Both the position numbers and the translations under genes were made by a program. A model generated the notes under the pieces. That model was not told the DNA's origin and ran no database searches. It saw nothing but the letters and a program-made list of their open reading frames with translations. A DNA stretch of 64,000 nt from Vicugna vicugna (lineage: Eukaryota). The DNA lies in NCBI GenBank assembly GCA_013265495.1, contig MU058844.1:3539895-3603894 (forward strand), given 5' to 3'. Positions 12,575-23,974 of the stretch are shown piece by piece (position 1 is the first letter of the stretch; every line of letters starts with the position of its first letter).

Positions 12575-12710
12575 ACCTTATCCTCCCCATTCTGCAGATG
12601 GGAAAACGGAGGCTTAGCGAGACTGACTGACCTGGGATCACCGAGGCAGTAAACAGTGGGGCTGGGCTGTGAACCCAGGCTGATGTGACCCCAGAGCCTT
12701 TGATCTTTCC
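12575..12710 (-). mobile_element. MIR SINE
   Basis: atcctccccattctgcagatgggaaaacggaggcttagcgag. Confidence 0.8.
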
Positions 12711-14829
12711 AATGTGAGAGATCAGAGATAAAGAAACTTTAATTTTGTCTCAAAATCTTTAGGAAATATTAATTCTTTGGAATGAATTTAAAATACCTGG
12801 GCCTCAGCTTCATCATTTTTGCAACATGAGGTGTTGAATAATAGAGAACTTTGAAGGGTCTTTCTGCCTCAAAATTATTTATTTTAGGTGGTTTAGCATA
12901 ATGCCTCATAGGAGAAGAAATGATGGCCATGTTTCTAAGAGTGTACCAGAGGAGACACTCTGATATGTGTGCACAAGTGTGTGCCCGTGTTCACTTCTCC
13001 ATATGTGTACACCTGCGTACGTGGTTCAGTTGCTCTAAAAAAGAATGATTGTCTTTGGAAGGAAAAGGGAAGATCTTAAGATGTAGATAGTTTTGTTGTT
13101 TGTTTCTACCACACAAGCTGTTGACCTCGGATTCTGCACGTCCTCAGGGAGTGTCTCTCCAAGGCCTTTTCCAAAAGGTGATTGGCAAGGAAGTCCTTCT
13201 AAAAGAGATAAGTGGCTTCTTAAAGTAAACTCAGAATAAATGGAGTACAAATTCTGTTTACTAAATATTTCCTGGTTGATAGATACTAACGTGCAGGCCT
13301 GCATGGCATATTCTTTGAGGAATGGAAGAAAGGAGAGGTTGAATTCTGTTTCTTTCTCATTTGGGAAAGGTGTTTGAAAGCTGCCCCAGATGGAAGATTA
13401 CATCATTTCAGAGCAGTAAATCATCTATAGAAATAGATGCTACCATGTGGGAGGCGGGCTTACCTTGGAGACCACTGAGAGATGTGAGAGGCTTTTGAAA
13501 GTATGCGATACAGTTTGTTAAAATGTATTCTTTGTAGTTTATTAAATTTGTAGGATTCTTTGCACAAGCACAAACGTTTCTGTGCAGTTTACTTCCTTTT
13601 TGCTAAATACACTGCATTTTGCGTGGTTGTATTTCAGCATTGCAAGTTTTGCTGCTGATGGTTATTCTAACCAAAGGCTTTTCCCTCCTCACTCTGAGGG
13701 CAGATGGAAAGGCTGGAGGCTTGAGCCAGCTGAGCCAAACATTTTTTAATTATTTTTTTTCCTTTTCTTTTTCTCTCTCTCTTTTTCAAAAATCTCTTCT
13801 TTCTTAATATTTCCTTTTCAGATGTTGGGCCCTAGTGATGTTAATTTAGTAGCATGATTCTTATATTGATTCTGACTTTTCAAGATGATTTCCTCAGCCT
13901 TAGGCTAGGTCAGTTTAATTCTGATTGCCTGGTGCAGTGAGGCCTATAATTATACTAAAAACTAAGCTAATATAGGAAGAGAAATCACAGGATTACTAGC
14001 TGAGACCCAAAGTTGTAAGATAGTGAAAGAAAAACAGTTTGGCTTTTTCCCCTGACGTGAGAAGAAACCCAAACCCAAACAAGCAAACCAACCACACAAA
14101 ACAGAAGAACTGGGTTCTAATGATAAGAGGGACTTTAGGAAAGAAAAGTAGACAATCCATTTATTTCGTACCTGTCAAGAACTTTGTTTTTCCCACCAAA
14201 ATAAATCACAGGTGTACCTACAAGAAAAGAATAAAACCCTAAAAATTGCTGATCATTGGTTCAGATTAAGGAATAGGCTTCAAAACATTAAAACAAAAAA
14301 CAAATCTCTTTCCTTAAACCTCACTTCTCCCCATCCTTTCCCTACAAGTTGATTTTCTCACACCCCTTGAGTCAAAAAAGTGGCCTAACTCTAGTTTCTC
14401 TCGGAAGGCATGACTTGTCTGAGCTTCCTCTGTCTCTTTGTGACCTTCTGATGACCTGGGAGTTCCACCCACTCTGGGTAAGTCCTTTTCAGGCCTCAAA
14501 TCTGCACATCAGTGGGATTCAGTTTTCCTCTTGCTTTAATGGCTCCTCAGATCCCCCCCCCTTGGCAGTCCCACACATTCCCTTTCTTGTTTCTCTAGCC
14601 TTTGAGGGCGACAGCCCACCTCTCCTCCCTAGCAGACAGGCTTGTACGGATGGATGGTGATTGACTGATTTACAGTTCTCCTTATGTTTTGTTTCGTTGT
14701 TTTGTTTTGTTTTTCTTCTCACCTGGGTTTAAAAGCCAAATTGTGTTTTTCTTAGGCCTTTGAATCTCAGCTAGTAATCCTTCGACTTCCCTTCCCATGT
14801 TGGCCTTTGTTTTTTAGTATAATCATAGC

Positions 14830-15260
14830 AAGAAATTATAAACCACTCCAAAGTTTGACAAGACATATTTCAGGTGTTAATTATATGCATAAAGGATTTT
14901 TGTATTTTTACATAAACAGGATTATATTCATATATTTTTCCTCAACCAGCTTTTCTAGCTTTGACAACTTATAAAGAACCTCTTTTATCTTCCCTAAGTA
15001 GTTTTATTTCATCTTAAAAAAATTTTTTTAATTATATTGTATCCCATGGTATGAATGTACAATCATTTATAGGATTGACATTCTATTGAGGAACATTAGC
15101 TTGTTTATAATTTTTCACTCTGATCAGCAATACCATAATGAAAATCACTGGTTTATGCTTGCTTAATTATTTCCTTTGGATAAATTCCTGGAAGTGGAAT
15201 GACTGAGTCAATGACTTCACACGTTTTGTATCTGATTCATATTGCCTGCTTGCTCTCTTT
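14830..15260 (-). mobile_element. Old L1 (L1ME-like) 3' fragment
   Basis: ttctattgaggaacattagcttgttt...atttcctttggataaattcctggaagtggaatgactgagtca. Confidence 0.7.
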
Positions 15261-15709
15261 CAGACTGGCACCCTTATCTCATTGGACTTTGTTACTCTTT
15301 TTATTGTCTCAGTGAGTAGGGCAGCACCTATTTGAGAAGCTGAGGTTCTCTCCCCTACCTTAGGACATTGTGCAACACCAGGTCAAATGTCTTGATGGCA
15401 AAAATATTGATGATAGGGAAAGTAGGCAGATGAGGAGGACATCATGAATTTTCCACCTCCAGCTCACTTCTTCATCTCATGAATTGGGAATAGAAGAAAC
15501 AATTAACATGCAGGAGAAAAAGCAAATTTTATTAGAGCCCTGTGGAACACATAAATATGGTCTAGGGTGTTTGAACGTCAGCTTCTGTTGTCTTCAACCT
15601 ATTCCTCTCAAGATAATGAGAGCCTCCAGTTTTGTGCCCTAAATGTAGAAGAAACATTGCAGAAGGCAGTATCCCAGCACAGGAGTGAGCAGCCAGGGTG
15701 GAGATGGGC

Positions 15710-15900
15710 TGTGTACTTATCGAGGGCCTGCCCTCTATGTTCCAGGTGCTTCACACAGATCGTCTCATTTGATCTCCACAACAACCCTTTGAGCTGGGTA
15801 GTGGTGGTATCATCGCTGTTCTGTATTTACAAGAGGAGGGACCTTAAGCTCTCAAAGGGCTAGTCCACTTGATCAGAAGTGGCAGAATCTGGTTTGGGGT
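15710..15900 (-). mobile_element. MIR SINE
   Basis: tacttatcgagggcctgccctctatgttccagg...tctcatttgatctccacaacaaccctttgag. Confidence 0.75.
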
Positions 15901-16293
15901 GGGGGGGTGGGGTCATCTGCATTAAGGAGCAGCTTTCTCATCCGAGGGAGGAGCTGGGGAGGTGGGTGGGGCAGATGGCTGGGTGGGGGTGGGGGAGAAA
16001 TGCCTTTGTAAGCCTCAGGGAGTCTGTTGGCTGTGTCTCTGTTCATAGATCAAGACTCAGAATTGTCCTAAAATGCCCTTGGCTTTTGGCGACAGTAGGG
16101 CCTATGTTTGTTTCCAGAAATCGCAGTAGCTATCACAATGAGGCTATGTTCATATGTAATCAGGTTTGACAGGAATTAATTTTTAATAAGAAGTTCCATT
16201 CAGATAAACAACTGCCCTTCGGGGCCGTGTCAGGGTCAGTTGCCCAGGGCTGGGCATGGGCACAGTGTGTGCTTTTGGCTGTGTCCTGGGGAG

Positions 16294-16312
16294 TGTGTGT
16301 GTGTGTGTGTGT
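16294..16312. repeat. (TG)n microsatellite
   Basis: About 9-10 TG units seen directly. Confidence 0.9.
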
Positions 16313-16549
16313 AGAGGGGGAGTGGGTGTTAGGATGAGGGGGTACTGACTGGTCTTACTTACATCTTAAGTCAGCACCAGGCATTGGTCTTACCAGAAGC
16401 TGGGGGAGGCAGCTAGCCATTTAGAATTGACATAAAGAATAAGTGTGGTGCCCACATCCCCAAAACCCCTTCTGGTTCTTCATTCCAAGTGCGTTTTCAA
16501 CATATTTAAGGTCTGGTAGAGGCTTAGGCTGTGGCTTTTACTGTGGTCT

Positions 16550-16720
16550 TATTTAGTGCCACTTACTCCATGTTGTTATTTAATTTTAACAACAACCCTC
16601 CATGGTACCATGTCATCAATCCCATTTAATAGATGAGGAAAACTAAGTCTCAGAGAGGTTAAATGATTAAGACTGCACATTCAAGTGGGAAGTTGGGAGG
16701 TGGAGCTCTAGAATCCCTGC
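16550..16720 (-). mobile_element. MIR SINE
   Basis: atcccatttaatagatgaggaaaactaagtctcagagaggttaaatga. Confidence 0.8.
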
Positions 16721-18595
16721 TAAATCATTCTGCATCCTCCTTGTAGAGACAGATCTCCATCCTCATGTTCCTCTGGGGACCAGTTACTGGCATCTTGGAG
16801 ACACTGCTGTTCTAATTCTATCATGTTTACTCCATCTTTCTCACTGAAGTTAAACAACCACATTATTTATGACCTGCTACCGATTTTTCCCCATGTCACT
16901 CACTCAAACTCTGTGTCACTTACATCCCTTGCCTGTTGCCAACACCAATAAAGTCACGTTCATACCAATTTTTGAAGACCTGGGGATTCTGTGTTTTCTC
17001 TCTTAGAGGCTGCCTCCAATTTACTGAGGAAATACACACTTTTCAGGGTTTTTTTTTGGTCCTGTGAAAAGGCAGAATCTCGAGGCTCTTCCTCCTCAGT
17101 GTGGGCGACACTGCCATTTCCAGCACTGCAAACTTATCCTCCGGCCGCCCCCAAAAGCTTTATCAGGAGACGTCGTGACTTCTCTCCGAAATTACACAGG
17201 TTGGTTTAAAAATAGAGTGCAGGGTTTCCCTTGTCAGGAGCACTGTCAGACTGCCCACTTTTGACAGCCACTTCTTCTTGGGTACATGTCAGAGCATTTT
17301 AATTTTTATGGAAAAAAAATTCTGCTTAAGTTATCTGGAGTTACCTGAAACTAACAAAAAGGTTCATTTGAAGCATCATAGGGGCGCCTTTAAAAATGTC
17401 TGTTTCCTGATTAAGACTCATGCACGAATGGATTCTCTACACTTCATCATCTTTGCAGGGGCACTGCAAAGCACGAAAATGAATTTTAAAAATATATTCC
17501 AGCAGAGGCGAATGTCCTAACGTGAAGAGTTCTGCTGTGTGGAAGTGGATTCAGTTGGGAGGTACAAAGTAGCTTAGGTGCTGGGAAGAGATCAGCTTGC
17601 CTACTGAGTACACAACAAATGGAACAAATAAATTGAAGACAAAACCCAATAAAAACAAAGCAAATACAAATAAGTTCTGCAAGTAAAAACAAATTAATTA
17701 AAAAAAATAGAAAACCACCCCACATAGACATGCTGGGAAAGAGAATGTCCTAACAACTTGCGTAAATATTCTCCAGTCCAGTCTTTTCCAACATGATAGG
17801 ATTGGTTGAACATCTTGTCCTTTGTGTGCGGGAATGTAAAAATCTCCATTTTTTCCGTAACCTTTTGCCTCTCCGTTCCTCTCCTCTTATCTGTACTGTC
17901 TGTTCCTCCCTTATATGGCTGTCCTCGGAAGTCCAGGAATTTGAGTGTTATGTGAAAGGCTAATCCTAATTGGGCTCAGTGACATTCCTTTCAGATGGGA
18001 GATATATGGGGGTCGTCCTGTGAAAGATCAACAAGGACCGGCATCTGCCGCCTGCCTGCATTGCCTCCTTCATTCAAGTCTCTCTAAATACCAGGCTGGG
18101 CTCAATGGCCCCACAGCCCTGTTATCCCCTCCCCCACATCCCTTTGCTCAGCCCACTGTTTCCTTAATTAGCAGGGCAAAGACGATCTCCTAGCATTTCT
18201 TCAACCTTCAACTTTGCGAAAACATGCTTTTGTTTATTATCTCCTTGATTGCATCCAAAAACCTGTGAGATCAGGAGGGCAGGAATTAATCAGTCACGTT
18301 CGGTTCACAGCTGAGAGGCTTGAGGCTTTCGTAGGTTCTGGTGATGGCTGATGATTTGCACAGCTCATTAACGACAGAGCCCATTTCCCCTCTCCCAGCC
18401 CCAGGCTCCTTGGCGCCTTAGTTGGGTGGTTTTCCCTAAACAGAATGCTTCCTGACTTTGGACATCAGGCACCATCTGTGGATCCAAGTTAGAGATTATT
18501 TCGTAATATGAAGCTCATCCAGCTTTCTGCCTCCATATTAAAGAAGCTTTCTTTATCTGAATCTTGATGACTTCATACTTTAGGAAGTGTATTAG

Positions 18596-19102
18596 TTTCA
18601 TCCATTCAACAAATATTTATATGGTCTTAGTTTGAAGATGTAGCAGTGACAAAAACATACAAATTCTCTACCCTTGTGGCGCTTACATTTCAGTGGAGGA
18701 GACCAAGACTTAAAGAAATAAATACATCTATGCTAGGTCTGGTGGTAAGAAAGGCTAAGGAAGAAAATAAAGCAAGGTGAATGAAGTGTGCATTTAGATG
18801 AGATGGTTGGGGAAGGTTTCTCTGCTACAGTGATGTTTGACAACTGAGGATTTGAGGCAGTGGGTGCTGCAGATAGCTGGGTGAGGAGGAAGCATTCTAG
18901 GGAGGGTAACAGCATGTGTATAGGCCCTGGGGTGGGAGAATGCAAACATGATAGCTGACTGGAGCTGAGAGGAAAGGTGAGTGGTGGGAGATGAAGCCAG
19001 GGAGGTGGGCAGCGGAAGCGGCAGTGGGATAGAGCCATAGTGAGAATTTTGACTTTAATTCTAAATGAGATGGGACACTACTGGAGGTGTTTGAGTATGG
19101 GG
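18596..19102 (-). mobile_element. L2 LINE 3' fragment
   Basis: Reversed L2 terminus ttcatccattcaacaaatatttat; gaggaagcattctagggagggtaacagcatgtgtataggccctggggtggga. Confidence 0.85.
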
Positions 19103-19741
19103 CTCTGGTGTCAAAGAGGGCATTTTGACAAGTGTCTGCAGCCTGCTTGGCTGGGGCCCAGCTCTGACCCTTTCCAGCCCAGCCTTTGTCCCACTCAATC
19201 TATTTTTGTTGTTCACCAGTGGTGGCTACATAACTTGTGTGGCCTAATGCGAAAAGAAACGTGGGGACGTGTTCAAACAATAGGGAAAAAGATACAGTTA
19301 AAGGTACTAAAATATAAAGCTTTTTTCTTCCTTCTGCAGTCACTCTCTTAGCTTGTCATAGTGTTTTAAATTTGCCATTTAATGTAATTCTAAGAGACAT
19401 TAACATTTAAAATTATTAGCATTAATTTTACTGTTCATCTTTATATTGCACAATGCCAATATAAACACCAGCTTTAAATGCAAATGTAAGAGCATTTTAC
19501 TTGTATGTGGAATCACCAAAATTATACATTTCATGTTTTGTACTTTGTATGTGCATATGTATTTTGTTTCTGCCAGAAAAGAGGAAATGCTGCATAAAAC
19601 GAACTCAACTGTTTCTTCTTTCTTGATATGCAACACATACCAACAGTCTACCTTTTGCTTACTGATGAATAAGAAAGCACTAAAAGGAAAAGGTACTACT
19701 GGTTGCCCTAATTTTTCCTTTCTCTCTCTGTTATCATTTTT

Positions 19742-22700
19742 TTTTCTTTAATAAATTTTTTAAATCCCAGTCTATCCCTTCCCACCCTCTACCCCGCCCC
19801 CCCCGTAACCACAAGTCTGTATTCTCTGTCCATGAGTCCATTTCTGTCCTGTATTTATGCTTTGTTTTTGTTTGTTTGTTTGTTTTTGTTTTTTAGATTC
19901 CACATATGAGCGATCTCATATGGTATTTTTCTTTCTCTTTCTGGCTTACTTCACTTAGAATGACATTCTCTAGGAGCATCCATGTTGCTGCAAATGGCAT
20001 TATGTTGTCGGTTTTTATGGCTGAGTAGTATTCCATTGTATAAATATACCACATCTTCTTTATCCAGTCACCTGTTGATGGACATTTAGGTTGTTTCCAT
20101 GTTTTGGCTATTGTAAATAGTGCTGCTATGAACATTGGGGTGCAGGTGTCATCCTGAAGTAGATTTCCTTCTGGGTACAAGCCCAGGAGTGGGATTCCTG
20201 GGTCATATGGTAAGTCTATTCCTAGTCTTTTGAGGAATCTCCACACTGTTTTCCATAGTGGCTGCACCAAACTGCATTCCCACCAGCAGTGTAGGAGGGT
20301 TCCCCTTTCTCCACAGCCTCTCCAGCATTTGTCATTTTTGGATTTTTGAATGACGGCCATTCTGACTGGTGTGAGGTGATACCTCATTGTAGTTTTGATT
20401 TGCATTTCTCTGATAATTAGTGATATTGAACATTTTTTCATGTGCTTTTTGATCATTTGTATGTCTTCCTTGGAGAGTTGCTTGTTTAGGTCTTCTGCCC
20501 ATTTTTGGATTGGGTTGTTTATTTTTTTCTTATTGAGTCGTATGAGCTGCTTATATATTTTGGAGATCAAGCCTTTGTCGGTTTCACTTGCAAAAATTTT
20601 CTCCCATTCCGTAGGTTTTCTTCTTGTTTTATTTCTGGTTTCCTTTGCTCTGCAGAAGCTTGTAAGTTTCATTAGGTCCCATTTGTTTATTCTTGCTTTT
20701 ATTTCTTCTAGGAGAAAATTTTTGAAATGTATGTCAGATAATGTTTTGCCTATGTTTTCCTCTAGGAGGTTTATTGTATCTTGTCTTATGTTTAAGTCTT
20801 TAATCCATTTTGAGTTGATTTTTGTATATGGTGTAAGGGTGTGTTCTAGCTTCATTGTTTTACATGCTGCTGTCCAGTTTTCCCAACACCATTTGCTGAA
20901 GAGACTGTCTTTATTCCATTGTATATTCTTGCCTCCTTTGTCGAAGATGAGTTGACCAAAAGTTTGTGGGTTCATTTCTGGGCTCTCTATTCTGTTCCAT
21001 TGGTCTATATGTCTGTTTTGGTACCAATACCATGCTGTCTTGATGACTGTAGCTCTATAGTATTGTCTGAAGTCTGGGAGAGTTATTCCTCCAGCCTCTT
21101 TCTTTCTCTTCAGTAATGCTTTAGCAATTCTAGGTCTTTGATGGTTCCATATAAATTTTATTATGATTTGTTCTAGTTCTGTGAAATATGTCCTGGGTAA
21201 TTGGATAGGGATTGCATTAAATCTGTAGATTGCCTTGGGCAGTGTGACCATTTTAACAATATTGATTCTTCCAATCCAAGAGCATGGAATATCTTTCCAT
21301 TTTTTAAAGTCTTCTTTAATTTCCTTCATCAATGGTTTATAGTTTTCTGTGTATAATTCTTTCACCTCCTTGGTTAGATTTATTCCCAGATATTTTATTA
21401 CTTTGGGTGCTATTTTAAAGGGGATTGTTTCTTTACTTTCTTTTTCTGTTGATTTATCGTTAGTGTAAAGAAAGGCAACTGATTTTTGAACATTAATTTT
21501 GTAACCTGCTACCTTGCTGAATTCTTCGATCAGCTCTAGTAGCTTTTTTGTGGACCTTTTAGGGTTTTCTATATATAGTAACATGTCGTCAGCATATAAT
21601 GACACTTTTACCTCTTCTTTTCCAATTTGGATCCCTTTTATTTCTTTCTCTTGCCTGATTGCTGTGGCTAGGACTTCCAGGACTATATTGAATAGGAGTG
21701 GTGATAGTGGGCATCCTTGTCTTGTCCCAGATTTTAGTGGGAAGCTTTTGAGTTTTTCACCGTTGAGAACTATGCTGGCTATAGGTTTGTCATATATAGC
21801 TTTTATTATGTTGAGATATGTTCCCTCTATACCCACTTTGGCGAGAGTTTTTATCATAAATGGGTGTTGAATTTTATCAAATGCTTTTTCTGCATCGATT
21901 GAGATGATCATGTGGTTTTTGTCCTTTCTCTTGTTGATGTGATGTATTACATTGATTGATTTGCGTATGTTGAACCAGCCTTGTGTCCCTGGGATGAACC
22001 CCACTTGGTCATGATGTATAATCTTTTTTATGTGTTGTTGGATTCTATTTGCTAAAATTTTGGTGAGGATTTTGGCGTCTATGTTCATCAGTGATATTGG
22101 CCTATAATTCTCTTTTTTTGTAGTGTCTTTGCCTGGTTTTGGTATCAGGGTGATGGTGGCTTCATAGAATGAGTTTGGGAGTATTCCCTCCTTTTCAATC
22201 GTCTGGAAGAGTTTGAGAAGGACTGGTATGAGTTCTTCTTTGTATGTTTGGTAGAATTCCCCGGTGAAGCCGTCCGGTCCTGGACTTTTATTTGTAGGGA
22301 GGTTTTTAATTGCTATTTCTATTTCCTTTCTAGTGATCGGATTGTTCAAGTGTTCAGTTTCTTCTTGATTCAGTTTTGGTGGACAGTATGTTTCCAGAAA
22401 CTTGTCCATCTCCTCTAGGTTATCCAGTTTGGTTCCATATAGTTTTTCATAATATTCTCGTATGATATTCTGTATTTCTATTTTGTTTGTTGTAATTTCT
22501 CCATTTTCCTTTCTTATTTTGCTAATTTGTGCTCTCTCTTTTTTCTTCTTTGTGAGTTTGGCCAGAGGTTTGTCGATTTTATTTACTTTTTCAAAAAACC
22601 AGCTTTTGGTTTGGTTGATTTTTTCTATGGTCTTGTTAATCTCTATTGTATTTAATTCCTCTCTGATCTTTATTATTTCCTTCCTTCTGCTGCTTTTTGG

Positions 22701-23954
22701 GGCTTTTTGTTCTTCTTTTTCTAATTGATTCAGGTGGTGGGTTAACTTGTTTATTTGAGATTGTTCTTCTTTTTTGAGGAAGGCCTGTATCGCTATAAAC
22801 TTCCCTCTTAGCACTGCCTTTGCTGTGTCCCATAGGTTTTGAGTGGTTGTGCTTTCATTATCATTTGTCTCAAGGTATTTTTTAATTTCAGCTTTGATTT
22901 CCTCATTGATCCATTGTTTTTTCAATAACATATTGTTTAATCTCCATGCTTTTCTTTTTTTCTCCTTTGTTTCTCTGTTGTTGATTTCCAGTTTCATGGC
23001 ATTGTGGTCAGTAAAGATGCTTGAGATAATTTCTATCTTCTTAAATTTGTTGAGGTTTCTTTTGTGTCCAAGTACATGATCGATCCTGGAAAATGTTCCA
23101 TGTGCACTTGAAAAGAATGTATATTCTATTTTTTGGGGGTGTAATGCTCTGAAAATATCCACCAAATCTAGTTTTTCTATTGTAGTATTTAATTTCTCTG
23201 TTGCCTTGTTTATTTTCTGTCTGGAAGATCTGTCTAGTGATGTTAATGCAGTGTTAAAATCTCCAACTATGATTGTATTCCCATCAATATCCCCCTTTAT
23301 CTCTGTTAGTAATTCTTGTATGTACTTAGGTGCTCCTATCTTGTATGTACTTAGGTGCTCCTATATTTCTTTCTTTTTTAAATTTTTTTTAACAGTAGGA
23401 TGGGTTTGAGATCATGTTATTATCAGTTTATTAAAAACGGGTATAGGTTAATAGATTTACAAAAAAGGGTAACCACAAGTCAAAAATTTACAAGGGAGTC
23501 ACAAAAATTAAATAAAATCCATGATAATACAAAGGAAAATTACCAAACCACAAAAGGAAGAAGAAAGGAACAAAGAGGATATACCAATTCAACTGCAAAG
23601 ATAAGTTCAAAATGGCAATAAACACACATCTATCATTAATTACTGTAAATGTTAATGGACTAAATGCTCCAGTCAAAAGACATAGAGTGGCAGAGTGGAT
23701 TATAAAGCAAGAACCTTCAATATGCTGCATACAAGAGACCCACTTTAGGGAGAAGGACACATATAGATTGAGAATGAAAGGATGGAAAAGGATATTCCAT
23801 GCAAATGGAAAAGCCAAAAAAGCAGGTGTTGCAGTACTGATTTCAGACAAAATAGACTTTAAAACAAAGGCCATAAAGAAAGATAAAGAAGGACATTTTA
23901 TAATGATTAAAGGAGTGATACAAGATGAAGATATTACACTCGTTAATATATATG
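19742..23954 (-). mobile_element. Young LINE-1, 5'-truncated with a 5' inversion
   Basis: Perfect 18-bp TSD ctctctgttatcattttt at 19724-19741 and 23955-23972; empty site reads TTTT/AG (L1 endonuclease type). Minus-strand body to ~23367, inverted + strand piece ~23368-23954. Confidence 0.97.
19893..23339 (-). CDS. L1 ORF2p, C-terminal ~1148 codons (second half of endonuclease, RT, Cys-rich domain); stop-free but lacking its start
   Basis: The 1090-aa ORF extends 58 codons upstream in frame (IGAPKYIQ...IVGDFN). Motifs [49 protein letters not shown]. Confidence 0.95.
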   Translation of the reverse strand: MGAPKYIQELLTEIKGDIDGNTIIVGDFNTALTSLDRSSRQKINKATEKLNTTIEKLDLVDIFRALHPQKIEYTFFSSAHGTFSRIDHVLGHKRNLNKFKKIEIISSIFTDHNAMKLEINNRETKEKKRKAWRLNNMLLKKQWINEEIKAEIKKYLETNDNESTTTQNLWDTAKAVLRGKFIAIQAFLKKEEQSQINKLTHHLNQLEKEEQKAPKSSRRKEIIKIREELNTIEINKTIEKINQTKSWFFEKVNKIDKPLAKLTKKKKERAQISKIRKENGEITTNKIEIQNIIREYYEKLYGTKLDNLEEMDKFLETYCPPKLNQEETEHLNNPITRKEIEIAIKNLPTNKSPGPDGFTGEFYQTYKEELIPVLLKLFQTIEKEGILPNSFYEATITLIPKPGKDTTKKENYRPISLMNIDAKILTKILANRIQQHIKKIIHHDQVGFIPGTQGWFNIRKSINVIHHINKRKDKNHMIISIDAEKAFDKIQHPFMIKTLAKVGIEGTYLNIIKAIYDKPIASIVLNGEKLKSFPLKSGTRQGCPLSPLLFNIVLEVLATAIRQEKEIKGIQIGKEEVKVSLYADDMLLYIENPKRSTKKLLELIEEFSKVAGYKINVQKSVAFLYTNDKSTEKESKETIPFKIAPKVIKYLGINLTKEVKELYTENYKPLMKEIKEDFKKWKDIPCSWIGRINIVKMVTLPKAIYRFNAIPIQLPRTYFTELEQIIIKFIWNHQRPRIAKALLKRKKEAGGITLPDFRQYYRATVIKTAWYWYQNRHIDQWNRIESPEMNPQTFGQLIFDKGGKNIQWNKDSLFSKWCWENWTAACKTMKLEHTLTPYTKINSKWIKDLNIRQDTINLLEENIGKTLSDIHFKNFLLEEIKARINKWDLMKLTSFCRAKETRNKTRRKPTEWEKIFASETDKGLISKIYKQLIRLNKKKINNPIQKWAEDLNKQLSKEDIQMIKKHMKKCSISLIIREMQIKTTMRYHLTPVRMAVIQKSKNDKCWRGCGERGTLLHCWWECSLVQPLWKTVWRFLKRLGIDLPYDPGIPLLGLYPEGNLLQDDTCTPMFIAALFTIAKTWKQPKCPSTGDWIKKMWYIYTMEYYSAIKTDNIMPFAATWMLLENVILSEVSQKEKEKYHMRSLICGI

Positions 23955-23974
23955 CTCTCTGTTATCATTTTTAG
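23612..23974 (+). CDS. L1 ORF2p N-terminal endonuclease fragment (inverted piece); last 5 aa read from the TSD
   Basis: MAINTHLSLITVNVNGLN...CCIQETH...AGVAVLISDK...LVNIYA, the APE-type endonuclease N-terminus. Confidence 0.93.
   Translation: MAINTHLSLITVNVNGLNAPVKRHRVAEWIIKQEPSICCIQETHFREKDTYRLRMKGWKRIFHANGKAKKAGVAVLISDKIDFKTKAIKKDKEGHFIMIKGVIQDEDITLVNIYALCYHF

Noticed and set aside
15895..15995. G-run cluster with G-quadruplex potential (also 25750-25774)
   Set aside because: Common in mammalian DNA, and no other evidence links it to function.
20395..23079. Several hydrophobic + strand ORFs (up to 186 aa)
   Set aside because: Antisense shadows of the A-rich L1 ORF2.
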